Assembly (NCBI RefSeq): GCF_009834535.1
Contig: NC_045698.1
Location: 7,504,001 to 7,568,000, forward strand
Direction of reading: 5' to 3'
Source of the DNA: Camelus ferus
Taxonomy: Eukaryota
Length of the DNA: 64,000 bases
The notes beneath the pieces are model-generated. The model saw nothing but the letters and a program-made list of their open reading frames with translations. It did not search any database and was not told the origin of the DNA. The position numbers and the translations under genes were made by a program. Of this stretch, positions 1 to 11,711 are shown in pieces. Positions within the stretch are counted from its first letter, which is position 1. Each line of letters begins with the position of its first letter.

Positions 1-164
1 CTGGCGTCCAGCCGCCATCGTCTGTGCCCACCACAGCCTCCTGGTGAGCTTCCTGCACCACTGGTGAGGTTTGTGGATGGCGTGGAGAGGCTCCACCCCC
101 GGCAGCCAGCTGAGAATTATTGTCCCTCTGCTTCACTCTTGTCGAGTGGCCCTGTCCTGAACCT

Positions 165-1320
165 CCTTTCATGAAATACACTTTCAGTTTTAGAATAGTT
201 CAGACTTACAAACTGCAAAGATTGTGCACAGAATCCCTGTGTTCCCCATGCCAGGCTTCCCCTGTGGTTAGGGTCTTATATTTGGAGGATACATTTGACA
301 AAACAAACAAACCCACACTGATGCATTTTTAATATTAACTCAGGTCCATTTTTATTTGGACCTCCTCGGTTTTTTCCCAATGTCTCTCTTCTGTTCCACC
401 ATCCCAGCTAGGATCCCACGTGATGTTGAGTTGTCATGTCCCCTTAGCTCCTCTTGGCTGTGACAGTTTCTCAGACTTTTGGGGAAAACTTGTCAGGTAG
501 TCTGTAGAATGTCTACCTCAATCTGTGTGTGTCTCATTTTTTTAATGATTAGACTGGAGTTACAGGTTTTTCAAAGGAGGACCACAGAGGAAAGGACCAC
601 TCTTATGACATCATATGAAGGATTTTGTTAAAATAAAAAGAATATCCAATGACACCTGTTACAGATGGTAAGGCAGACTTGATTCAGAATCGTTTCCATT
701 GGTATAAGGACCATCGCAATGGGACTTTGCAGTGGATGAGAGAGACTGGGCTCAACTCTTGAATACAGCAAGGGCCAGTGGGGATTTATAGCCAACGGGC
801 AGGGTAGGGGTCTGTGGATGGAAAATTACTAAGAGGAAACATCAGGGAGATTCTGGCCAAAGCGACCTAACAGGATTCTTGCTGAAGACAGGCCAGGGTG
901 ATCAGATATCACCTGGGGGATGGTGGAACTGATCAGATACCAAGGGTGGAGTGTTCTGGTTAAACTGACTTATGAGCTGGGTTCTTGATAAAATGAGATT
1001 TTACCAGGAAGTGCATAGATGGGCCTGGGAGGAATTCAGGAGCCCAGCTAAAGTTTGATCGAGCAGAGAATCGTTACCAGCACATGCTGTGGGCCTGCCT
1101 TATCCCTGTGGGCCTGGACCACCAGGCTGAGGTCGTGCTGGCCAGGCTTCTCTGCTGTAAGATGACTCCCCCCTCCCTCCTTCCTCCCGTCTGCTCTTTG
1201 GAAGAGGGGGTCTCTGTGCACAGCCCGGAGTTAAGGAGCGAGTTGCTGTGTTTCATCTCCTTGGGAGTAGAGCACACACCTAAATTCCTTGAAATTTTTC
1301 TGCCGGGAGATTTGTCCATC
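165..1320 (-). mobile_element. Old L1 (L1MB/L1MC-type) 3' end fragment, interrupted by an LTR at 626-1079
   Basis: Recognisable L1M 3' UTR motifs on both sides of the LTR (tctgttccaccatcccag...agttgtcatgtcccctta; accaggctgaggtcgtg...gggagatttgtc). Confidence 0.6.
626..1079 (-). mobile_element. ERV1-class solo LTR (MER31/MER67-like)
   Basis: TG...CA ends; reverse complement begins tggtaacgattctctgctcgatcaaactttagctgggctcctgaa, resembling the MER67/MER31 5' end. Confidence 0.65.
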
Positions 1321-1329
1321 AGGCACTTT

Positions 1330-1490
1330 TTATACAACCCCTATCTCCTGTCATTTCCACAGTGGTGAGGTTGATATTATCCCCCATTTTCCAGATGAGT
1401 CAGTAGAGACTCAGTGCAGTTGACTTACCTTCCTAGGGTCACCCAGATTTTAAGTGGCGGGTTGGGAACTTGAACTTGGGAGTTCTCAGG
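1330..1490 (-). mobile_element. MIR SINE
   Basis: Core motif attatcccccattttccagatgag...actcag...agggtcacccag. Confidence 0.7.
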
Positions 1491-3517
1491 GCCAACTCTC
1501 TTAAGTACTGAGTTCTCCATTTACACTGCCATGTAATTACTACACGGAAGCTAGTTCATCAAGAGTTAACTGATTCCCTGGGCCACTTGTGCCCTTCTCT
1601 TAGGCAGGTTACGGCTCATGGGGCTGGGGTGGGTGTTTGGGGGCTCAGTATGGTCAGCCCACACTTTAAGTCCACTCTGAGGACTTCAGGAGCCAAATCC
1701 TATTCCATAAGGTCAAAATTGGACTAGAGTCAAGCTAGATTTCAGAATGAGGCACGTTTGGGTTCTGTTACACGAGGAAGGCTATGTTCTCTCTAGTATC
1801 TGTCATCCAGCTAGCTAGCTGTCTCACTAAAGAAAAGGAAGGCTCATTTTGGTTAATTGTCACGGTTTTTAAGAAGAAAGGTTAATACCTATTCATTCTT
1901 AGCAGCGTTGGGTCCACTCTTCATTTCTGTTGAACGAGGTCGTCTGCAGAATAAGCGGTTATTCTGTCATCCTGGGAAAGACAGTGGTGCCGAGGGTGCT
2001 TCCGTGGGTCACTGACAGCTCAAGCCGGCGGTCAGAGTAGTCAGAATGGGTGGGCTACATGCTGGTTTTTCTGACCTCAACGTAAGATGCGGGACTGATC
2101 TGTATAATGGGCTGTTAGCTTTGTGGATTGTCAACTTTCGTCTCCCACCTCTTCGCAGTGTTTAGGACATGTCACTGCAGAGGAAATCCTGCTGAAAATT
2201 GAGAAGGACACGCTCCTTCACGATTGTAAAGAAACGGCTCTAAAAGAATTGCGATGCGTTGCACCATGACCCTGGCTTGATCTAAGTGACAGATGCCACA
2301 AAGTGTTTAGCTGGATGACGAGCCCAAAATGAAAGCCCCACCCCCACCCTGCCCACAACACACACACGGATTAGAGCAGATAAGTGGCTTTAGGGCCCCA
2401 CAGCTAGCATCCGTCTACGGGGGGTGGGGGGAGGGGGGCTGTAGATGACAGCAGAAGGCAAAGTGATGTGAATGAGTCAAAATGCATCAGCTGCTGCTCG
2501 AACCTGTGGGTCACGGGGCCGGAGGGTCACACCCATTTGTGTCTGGCTTGTTAACCCCGCAACATGATCACATGAATCAGTGCTTCTCTCAGAAAGTGAG
2601 AAAGGTACATGTTTGTGTAGCTTTGAATTTTTGCGGTGAGTTTAGGAGATGGGCTGAGGTCTGTGATGAGCAGAGGACACTGCTTCTGGAAGAGTCCACA
2701 TGCTAATTTTTATCACTTATTTGTAACTTGGAAGTTGATGAGAAAGATGCAGTTTTGCTGGGCGGTGTCTGGGTGCCATGCAAGGAGGGAATTTGGGTCC
2801 CTGCCTGATGGTCGTCTCGCCAGGGTGTGATGAAAGGACAGCCCCCACCCTGGGAGGACTTAAGGTGGGGCATGCACGGCGGCACCGGCAGGAAGGGGAT
2901 CGAAGGCCCAGGAGGCGTCGCTGCAGCAGGGAGGGGATTCTCCGAGATGCTGGATGCTGTGCTGAGGGCCTTGGCTCCCTCCGCCTCCCAGTCTGCAGAG
3001 CAAGGTGACCGAGCCTTGGGAGGCCCCTCGTGTCTCAGGGCTCCCCGCCCTCTGGAGGAGGCCTCACCTCCTCTGCCATGTCTCACTTCGCACCCAGCAC
3101 CCTTCCCGAGACCAGCCGGGAAAGGAGCCTCAGGGGCCCTGGCTTCCCTGTGGGGCAGAGGCCTCCCTGCGGGGAGCAGGGAGTGCAGTTAAACGTCCAC
3201 CAGCTCCACACCAGCGCCCCCGACTGTGGGTGTTTCCAAGGCACGTGCACGGGGTGGGGGTTGGGGGGCGGAGTTTGGAGCTGAATCCTCAGCATATGAG
3301 GATGGAGACTGGGCAGCCAGGCCCCCCAGCCGCTCTCAGGAGAGAACTTCTGCAGGTTGCTAATACCCTAAAGGGTGTGTTAGCCACCACCAGAGGGGTC
3401 AGGATGGAGAAGGCAGCCAGGAGGCAGGCTGGAGGGTGCAGGGGCCCGGGTACAGGGAAGCAGGGGAGCTCCCTCTCCCCTCCTGGTCCTGAAACAGTGA
3501 GGTCTGAGCCTCCAGCT

Positions 3518-3735
3518 CAATGGTTTCAACAGCAGTGATTCCGCGCCCACAGGGGACACTCAGCAATGTCTGGAGGTGTTTTTGGTTGTCAGACCTGGGA
3601 GGGAGGGCACAGTAGCTGCCGGCATCTGGTGGGTGGCGCCCAGGGGTGCTGCTGTCCGTCCTGCGGTGCCCAGGACAGCCCTATGACAAGGAACAGTGCG
3701 GCTCTGGGTGTCAGCAATGCCGGGGACGGAACCCT
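3518..3735 (+). mobile_element. MER20 (hAT-Charlie non-autonomous DNA transposon)
   Basis: caggggacactcagcaatgtctggaggtgtttttggttgtca...ggcatctggtgggt...caggacagccc matches the MER20 consensus layout. Confidence 0.8.
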
Positions 3736-4135
3736 CCTCTGAGGGACTGAAGGGTCTAAGGGGAGGATGGCGTGTCATTTCACATGAGGACTTGAGCAGT
3801 GTGGCCAGTGGGCCTCGGGCAGCATGGATAATTGACCCAGGAGCCTCTTCCCATGGCCCAGGGCCTTCTGTGGGAGGAGCTCTCTGCTCCATTTTGGTTT
3901 TGCATGGGCGAGGCTGGAGAATCTGGGAACACTGCTCTCACCTGTGTTCTCCTTAGTCACTGCAGTCTAAGAGCACGTGGGCTTTTTGAAAATCCTCTGG
4001 GGATGAGCAGAAAGTCAGGCCCTTTTGGAAGTGCAAGGTGATGAAGGCGAGAAATCCGTATTCTCAAATGACTGTTCTTAACTGCTTGGGTTTATGGCTG
4101 AGGGTCTGGGTAGTCACACTGCCTGTATTCCCTGC

Positions 4136-4138
<3 letters not shown>

Positions 4139-4166
<28 letters not shown>

Positions 4167-4190
4167 AGAAAGAGAGAGAGAGAGAGAGAG
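4139..4190 (+). repeat. Compound microsatellite (TG)14 AGAA (AG)10
   Basis: Seen directly. Confidence 0.97.
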
Positions 4191-4736
4191 GTAAGTAGCA
4201 GGGTGGCAGCGTGCACTGGCATACCGTGTTGCTATTATGATGAGATGATGTCTTTTCTCCTCCCTGAATCTCTGAAGCCCCGGAGTTCCAGGGAATGGCT
4301 TCAAGTTTCATTTCCCGTTTTGCACCTGCTTGCGTTGGCATCTGCAGGGAGCTGACAGCATCCAGGACCACCCCCTGACCAGGCAGTGTCTGCATGGGGC
4401 TAGCTCTGCATTTTCACACGCCATCCCTGCAGCATCCTTGCCCACCATGTTCCCTCTTTAACAGGTTGACAGGACAGCTGGGTTTCCAAGTGGGTTGGCA
4501 GAGGGAACAAGAACCGGAGGCAGCCACACCATGGCCAGGGCGGGCCTGTGTTTCCTGCACTCGTGAGAATTACTTCTTGCAGCCTGAGAGGCAAACACAT
4601 CCCCCCCCCCACCCCAGACAGGCTGGCCCCGGAGTTTGGCCATGCAACATTTCTCTCTCTCTCAGCAGGAAGGCCTCTCTGGAAGGCGCGCTCTTTGTGG
4701 AGTGTGGTTAATGCACGTGTGCAATTCTCTTCGCAG

Positions 4737-4877
4737 GACACGTCACCATCACCAACTACTTGTTGAACTATTTCCCCGGCCTTGACCTTGAAAGGAGGAA
4801 TGATTTTGGGTTCACGGCCCTGATGAAAGCCGCCATGCAGGGCCGAACGGAGTGCATCCGAGCCCTGATGCTAGCAG
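4737..4877 (+). CDS. ANKRD33B: ANKRD33B penultimate coding exon (141 nt, phase 1-1), ankyrin-repeat region
   Basis: Acceptor ttctcttcgcAG at 4735-4736 and donor GTacgc at 4878. Translates (G)[46 protein letters not shown](G), with a typical ankyrin motif G.TALMKAA..G. Splices in frame to the exon at 13033. Confidence 0.95.
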
Positions 4878-5649
4878 GTACGCCCCCACCTGTCCTGTGT
4901 GGCCCTGCGGTCCCGGGAAGTGCCGGGTTTGCTCCTTTAAGGAATAAATGTGTGTGGAAGGGAGGCATCACCCCCTAGAACCAGCCTAGTGTATGGCTGT
5001 CATCATTCGCGCTGAAACAAACAAAAGCGAAAGCACCTGTTTCCAGGGCGGGTGGGAGGTCGCAGCACTGGTCACCCCACAGGACAGCCCTCCTTGTCCC
5101 CTGTGGGCTTCTTCCTGCCTGTATTTGTTCTTCTTCAGAACTGTGTGGTCTGGTCTTGGCTCTGAGTGGCAAGACGGTCCTGTTGAAGGTGGGCAAAGTA
5201 GAACAAGTCAAAGACGTGCGTCAGAGTGTTATGTCTGCCCCTTCCGGAGGGACCAGGGGTCCTGTGACTCGTGCTAGCCGTTAACTGCTCCAGGCTGCTC
5301 TTTGAAGCTTTGGGAAGGACACTAAATAAAGCCTTTTTTCTACAAAAAAGAAACAGGGGACACGGAGGGGCTTTTGTACCTGGGAGGGCCCTGCAGGGTC
5401 CTGCTAGGTTTCAGTCCCCCTTTTTCTTTGATACCCATCAATCCTGAGGGGAACAGGGGCTGGGGAACAACAAAGGGATTACAGTTTTGGGTAGAGAAGT
5501 TAATCATAAGCCGGGGTGGCAGGGGGACTCGTGGAATAGGGGTCTCAGTCTTAATGCGTGGCCGTTTCCTTCTGCGCTGTGTCACCGAGTGGAACATTCT
5601 GGGGCTGCAGCCCCCCTTTGCCCTTTGCGGCCTCCTTATCTTGGAGGAA

Positions 5650-5960
5650 GCCCTTCCTTCTCTGAGCCTCCCTGTCCTCATCTGTGAAATGGGGGCAGTG
5701 ACTTCTTCCCACCGCCCTGAGGATGAACCACGACACCACTTTGTAAACTCTCTGACAGGTTGAATGAATTACGAAGCTGAATTGCCCGCGACTGTTCTCC
5801 AGTTTTTCTCTTTCACTCTAAAGTGGAATCAGTGATCATCTTTCCAGCACAACCTTCTTGAGTTATTCTGAGAATTAAACGAGGAAATGTACGTGAAGGG
5901 CTGGGCGCCGCGGGAGCATCTGACCCCTCAGTCTCACTCAGTGGGAGATGCTGATGTCAC
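5650..5960 (+). mobile_element. MIR SINE fragments
   Basis: ctctgagcctccctgtcctcatctgtgaaatgggg core; second fragment ...tgagaattaaacgaggaaatgtacgtgaagggct. Confidence 0.6.
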
Positions 5961-6194
5961 ATTATTTAATTTCATTACCTTAATTTATTTTGGTTTTGTT
6001 CTTGGCACTGGGTCCAGGCATTCATTCTATGTGCTCCCAGAGGGGTGGCATTCCCCCATCTCAGTATCTTGAGGACAGAATTAAAATTCTTCCAGGCATC
6101 AGTCTAGACCAGCAGTTCTGTTTAGGCAACTTGCTGCTGCTGCTTTTTTTTTTTTTAAATAAAATTTATTTTATTAAAAATAGAATCTTCTATT

Positions 6195-6580
6195 TAAAAC
6201 CAAAATCTATTTTGGAATAACTTTAGGTATATGGAAAAGTGACAGAATCGTAGAGAGAGCGCACACTCAGCCCTCACTCAGCGCCCTGTGTTAACATCTT
6301 ACCAAGAGGCTGAAGCTACACACGACTAGTCAGTAAACCCCAGGCTTTATTCAGATTTCATCAGTTCTTCCATTAATGCCCCCTTTCTGTTCCAGCATCA
6401 CAGCCTGGCTCCCACATTTAGTTGTCCCATGTCCCCAGTCTTTTCCGGTCCCCAGAAGTTTCTCAGTCTTTACTCCTTCTTCATGACAGGGTTTTGACAC
6501 CCACCAGTGAGTCGTGTCCCCTAGTCTGAGGCCATCTGTCCTTTCACTCTTGATTAGATCAGGGTATAGGATTCACAGCC
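6195..6580 (-). mobile_element. Old L1 (L1MB/L1MC-type) 3' end fragment
   Basis: Same motif series as the L1 at 165-620 (ggaataactttaggtatatggaaaagt...tttctgttccagcatc...agttgtcccatgtcc). Confidence 0.55.
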
Positions 6581-7364
6581 TGTGTTGGATTGTTTTTCTC
6601 TCTTGCTTCAACTGGAGGGCGTCAGGGGATGCTGTAAGAAAAACAAATTCAGTAAGCGAAGATGGAGGCTTCGAAGATGAAAACCTTCTTGGGAATAAAA
6701 AAAGATCCTCATTAAAATTAGTCCTATTGATTGTGCTGTTGACTCAGCGACGGTGTCATTTTCTTTAAAGCGGTTGCCAGTTTCTGGGGAGTTGAGGCCC
6801 TGCGGGTCCTGGATCAGCGGCGTCAGTGAGGGGCGGCACCTCCCAATTAGGGGACTCTGCCGCTTTTGTGTCTGAGAGGCACTTCCCCTGCTTTTGCTGC
6901 TTCTGGATATCATTATAATTGAGTGTAGATTTTTAGCAATTTACTTTTACAACCAAAACTTACGATGTCAATCCAGGCGTTTTCCCCCGAGAATCTGAAT
7001 TACAAACCCTTCTGTTTCTAGGCCAGTTGCCTTCCAGTCACTCTGGAAGTGCGCAGGGCTTGCTGTCATTCTTTTCCCTGGTCTGGTGGAGGTTTCAGGC
7101 CTTTACAGGATCACAGAACCACCTTTCAGATCTCACAAGAGGTGGTCTCACTGCTTAGGGGCAGCGTCCAGTGCTCACGGGTTTTCTCCCCACTCAGTTA
7201 TTTGGGTGACAAATTTGGCATTAGGTTTTATATACCCTCCCTCTTCTGTTTCCTCCTCTGTGAGCACAACCCCAGCAAAGCCTAGAAGTACCCACACGAG
7301 TGCAGACCCAGGGCGGCCATCCCTGAGCTGCACGTGGTCAGAGCAGAAGGACACATACAACCAA

Positions 7365-7595
7365 CTTGGAAATCAGGATCCCTGGTCTCAAACTCCAGCT
7401 CCTCCACTCAGCCTCTCTGTACTCCAGGCCAGTCCCCTCCTGCTTGGGCTGGGCCCCTCTTCTGTAAAATGCAGTGAATGTCAGTAGCTTGCGCAGGAGG
7501 TCAGGCCGGGGGCTGAATGGGTTCACAGGTGGACGGCCCTAGGATGCGTGCCTGGTGTGGAGGGAGCGCACAGTCAGTGTTGTCATTATTGTTAC
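7365..7595 (+). mobile_element. MIR SINE
   Basis: Degenerate MIR: ggtctcaaactccagctcctccact...tctgtaaaatg...gtgcctgg...tgttgtcattattgtt tail. Confidence 0.55.
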
Positions 7596-7711
7596 AGGGG
7601 GATTTCGGTGTTCAATGATTATTATGTGAACGAAAACCTATGGTATGTTTTTCCCTTTGAAAAATATCTTGTGGTGAGATGCTTCTCAAGGGGGATAGCA
7701 AACATGTAAGG

Positions 7712-7905
7712 TGAGGTTTCTTAATCCTGGCACTGCTGGCGTCTGGGGGCAGATAATTCTTCCTGGGGCTCGTAGGGTGTTTAACAGAACCCCTGAACTC
7801 TGCCCGCTAGGTGATGTAACACCCCCCAGTTTTGACCACCGAAAATATCTCCATGCGATGTAGAGTGTCCCCTGGTGGGGAAGTCGCCTCTTGCTGAAAA
7901 CCGCG
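7712..7905 (-). mobile_element. MER20 DNA transposon
   Basis: Reverse-complement match: ggtttcttaatcctggcactg...gataattctt...aaaatatctcca...tgtcccctgg...gaaaacc. Confidence 0.7.
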
Positions 7906-9396
7906 GATGTAACTAATGTAAATGGGAAACAATGGAAGAAGTTCAAAGAGAATCTGTCCCTCTTACGTGCAGCCCTCCTTCCAGCTTGTTCCGTATTCCT
8001 TCTCAGAACAAAAATCTGACACCTCTCTCAGGCGGCTTTTGAGCTGCCCACTAAGGCTGTCCTTGTCCAGCTCGTAGAATATTTTCATTTTCTACTATTG
8101 CCTTTAGCTTATACTTTTTCCCAGGAAAGTGCATTACATTCTCCTTTCTCAGTAGATGTGTATATGTTTTAAAAGAAAAAAACAACATGTGAGTGAATGT
8201 CTTCCCTGGGTGTGGTACATAGCAATAAGGACACCTGAGATATTTAAACAATTTAATAAAAATATTAAACAATGTCTGGAAGTCTTATTTCCATTTGAAT
8301 GTATCAATATTAAGAAAAACTAAAGCCTGTGAATATCACCAAATCTGGGCATTTCTTTTGGAAATTTCTTTTATGTCCACTTGAGAAAGGTACCGTGAGA
8401 GCAAGTCACAGAGTGGTCATCCCGTGGTCATTCTAAATCAAAAGGCACAGCATGATAACATGTTAATACTTAGGGTGAAATGTGTATCACCGTCTCCTCT
8501 CTTTTTTTTTTTTCCAGTGCAGTATTCTTCTGTACCTGAGTGTACTTCTGCACCTGGGTTGGATTTCCGAGTCGCGATTTCATTATAGTCAGCAAGAACC
8601 ATTTCCTTTTAGGAACGATGAGTTGCTGAGTTGGATGCCCTCCTAAAGTCTATAGACTTTCCAATAGCTCATAATCTATATGCGCTTACCAGCTCTTCTC
8701 TAACCTTGTCAGGCAGAACGGAGTAACGTTAGAATTACCAGAGCTTAGGCTTTGAATAAAACTAAAACCAGGTTCTGGAAGGTTGACTTATTGGCTCTTT
8801 GGTTTTTGGCTTCACAAGGGACAATGCCGACTCTGCTGGTAAAAGTCACAAGGGTGCGGGGTTGCGGCGGGAGAGCTGCAGAAGCTTGTTAATTCAGTGG
8901 AATATTAACACCCCAAAGTGGCAGGTCTATTTAAAATAGAGTGGCTCTGAGAAGCTGTGTGGAGGTTTTCTCTGAAGGGAAGCAGAACTCAGAGAAGGTT
9001 GGGAGATTTCACACTGGCTCAAGAGAGCTGGCTTTCCAACCTGAAGTGTGGTGTGTGTGCTGCCACGTTTGGGAAGCAAACGAGCAAACAGAGACCTTGA
9101 ATCTCCCCGTGATTGCGGGGAGCAAAGCAGACAGAAAAGAGGGTGTAAGTGGCTTGTGTAATGAACAGAGCAGAGGCACCCCCACTGCTGACTGTGTGGT
9201 CATCCTTGTCCGAGGCAAGCCCTGACTGTGTGTTTCTGGAAAGCCCTGAGGATATGGTATCACTCCAGAGGTTTCTTTCTGTTTATAAAAGAAAACATGA
9301 ATTTCCTGTGACCTAAGAATTCGCCACGTTGGAATAGTTTTAAGTTATTAGTCAGAGAAAGGGCTCAGAGGCAGGCATTCCATCCTACTGAGGGCA

Positions 9397-9720
9397 CTGT
9401 CTTAGCCTGGGCCCCATGAAGGCAGACTCTGAGACCAGCTAGGGGCAAGGAGTCGTTCTGGAAAGCAATGCTGGGAAGCCGGCGAGGGGTGAGGAAGCAA
9501 GACCAGGAATTCTGGAAAACTAACTACAGTGAGCTCAGTAGCCCGTTACCCTGCGGGCAAATGGGAGTCAACCTGGCTGAGACCCTGGGAAAGACTGGAA
9601 TGCCTGGGGGTGGTGTGGGTGGGGCGAGAAGTAGTAGATATACCCCACGTGCCCAAGATACAGGCCAGAGGTGGCATAGGAGGCCTGCAAGGACCAGTCG
9701 ACCACAGGGGTCCTGTGTGA
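9397..9720 (-). mobile_element. Old ERVL-type LTR (LTR16/LTR33-like)
   Basis: Starts tgtcttagcctgggcccc...ggcagactctgagac...ggaaagcaatgctgggaagc, typical of these families; highly diverged. Confidence 0.4.
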
Positions 9721-9934
9721 CCGGGAAGTCCTCTTGGTGGGAGAGGGAGGGACCAGAGCTGGGCTTGGAAGGGCAGGTAAGCTGGGTGGGGTGAGGGCTT
9801 GCAGAGAAATAGAAAAGGAAGTGATGCATCCGGGGCTCTGCCTGCCTCCGGCTGGTCCTGCGTGGACCTGGCCTTGACTCTTGGGGGAAGCACCCTATGA
9901 ACGAGTGATAGAAAGTAGATTGTTTTTTAGAATT

Positions 9935-10290
9935 TAGAGTGCTTTCTGCTTCCAATAACAGAAACCTTGACTTGGCAGTGGCTTAAAGAAAATAATCACC
10001 TGTCTGTCTCAGCTCACTAGGAGTCTTGAGGTTGGCAGTCACCGTGAAGAGCTGACCCCAGATTCCATGAGGACACCACAGACCCAGGTTTCTTCCTCTT
10101 GTGTACCCAGCTTCCCACACGCCCCCCTCCGACTCCCCACCTTCCAGCTTGTTCACTGGTCACCTCGTGATCGCCAACATCGGTCCCTTTGATCAGGATG
10201 CAGCAGCCTTCTCTTTGGGGCTCGCTGACCAGCTGTAAGGGAGGCTGGGAAAGCAGGGAATAAGATGGCAAGTCATACAGGTTAGATGAA
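9935..10290 (-). mobile_element. Old MaLR LTR fragment (MLT1J/K-like)
   Basis: aataacagaaacc...gtggcttaaagaaaa...gacccaggtttcttcctctt motifs; highly diverged. Confidence 0.4.
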
Positions 10291-10294
10291 TAAT

Positions 10295-10482
10295 CCTTAC
10301 TGGGGTGGAGATGTGTGTGGTTCCCCGGGGACATTTTTGACTGTCACAGCTGGTCAGGTGCTACTGGCATCTAGTGTGCAGAGACCAGGGGTGCCACTGG
10401 AAGTCCCCCAGTGCACAGGACAGCCCCCGCAGCAAATGGTGATCTGGCCCTAAATGTCCGCAGTGCCGAGACTGTGGAACTC
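10295..10482 (+). mobile_element. MER20 DNA transposon
   Basis: ggggacatttttgactgtcacagctgg...gctactggcatctagtg...gtgcacaggacagcccc...aaatgtccgcagtgccgag. Confidence 0.8.
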
Positions 10483-11711
10483 AGGATTAGACCTGTCAGG
10501 GTGCATTGCCTAGAACTTGCACCTTGCTTGAAACAGAGGATTCTGTGCAGACGGCTCACAGCGCTGAGCATGGCAGCAAGTGGACTCACTGGCAGGAGCC
10601 CAGCTCTTGTCTGTGTGGCTGGAGCCCTGGGCGAAACAACAGAGGGAAGGGGGTGAGGATGCCAGCCGTCTCACGGGCAGAAGACATGTACCCTGGCCTT
10701 TTAGAGATGCTCCATGTTCTCTGAAAGGTATGTGTGTGAAGTGCTAACCATTGGCGCTTGTGTTTCATGATTTAATGACTGTGTCCAGGCCTTTCATATT
10801 ACCCTTAATGGTAATTTCTTAAGGAAGTGAACCCCTTATTTATATCCTGACTCAGATTCTCGGGCCGCATTACAGTCAGAATGGCCTTTGTTCCTTGGAG
10901 TCTCTGTATTTTCCGAGGTTGTTTTGGAAAGGAAGAGGTGCGCTAAACTTTTGACAGCTGTTCCTTTAGTTTTCCATTAGCATTTGAAAAATGTCTCTTT
11001 CAAGCCATGTTCATTAAGATTTTAATTTTGCAGTTTGTTCCTTTTTAAGTGACATGCAATTAATTAAGGTTTAATGTGTCATCTATTTTTTGCAATGACA
11101 TTTTTACTGCCCCCTTTCCCTTTTAGTCAGTTTATAAATTGTCCTCTAGCTAATGAGTTCCATCCTGATTTCCAGTTCCAAATAATTACTACTCTCCTAA
11201 GATGGCTGTTCTTTAATGTGTCACAGAATTAAGAGCATTACCAGGTGAACTCAGGTGAGCTGTGGGTCTGCCTGGGCCATGGGGCCACTGGGGGCTGCGG
11301 GGCAGGGAAGCCTGAGCCCCCGCCGCTCCCCTCCCCTGGTTCAGCACATTCTCACCAGTCATCACACCCGGGGCTGAGCGGGATGTAAATGCAGAAGACT
11401 CTGCCGGGCTTGGCCCTCTGGAATTTGCGGACTAGATAATTGCCCTGCTTCCCCACATTGCTTTGCCAGTGGAAATATGACCAGTGGGACTTGAAATCCT
11501 GAATGAGTTTTAACTGTAGATGGGGCTGAGATTGGACCAGGATGAACTGAACAGCAGTTCCTTATTAATTTCTATTTTACTGCCACGCTGAAACGTATGA
11601 ACATTCCATCAGGCTGGGCTGAAGTTTACCTTTGCAATGTTAGGAGGGGGTAGGGGGTGGTGTGGGGGAGATTTACTAAGGAAACGACTCTTGTAAGGGA
11701 GACTGTGAGGA

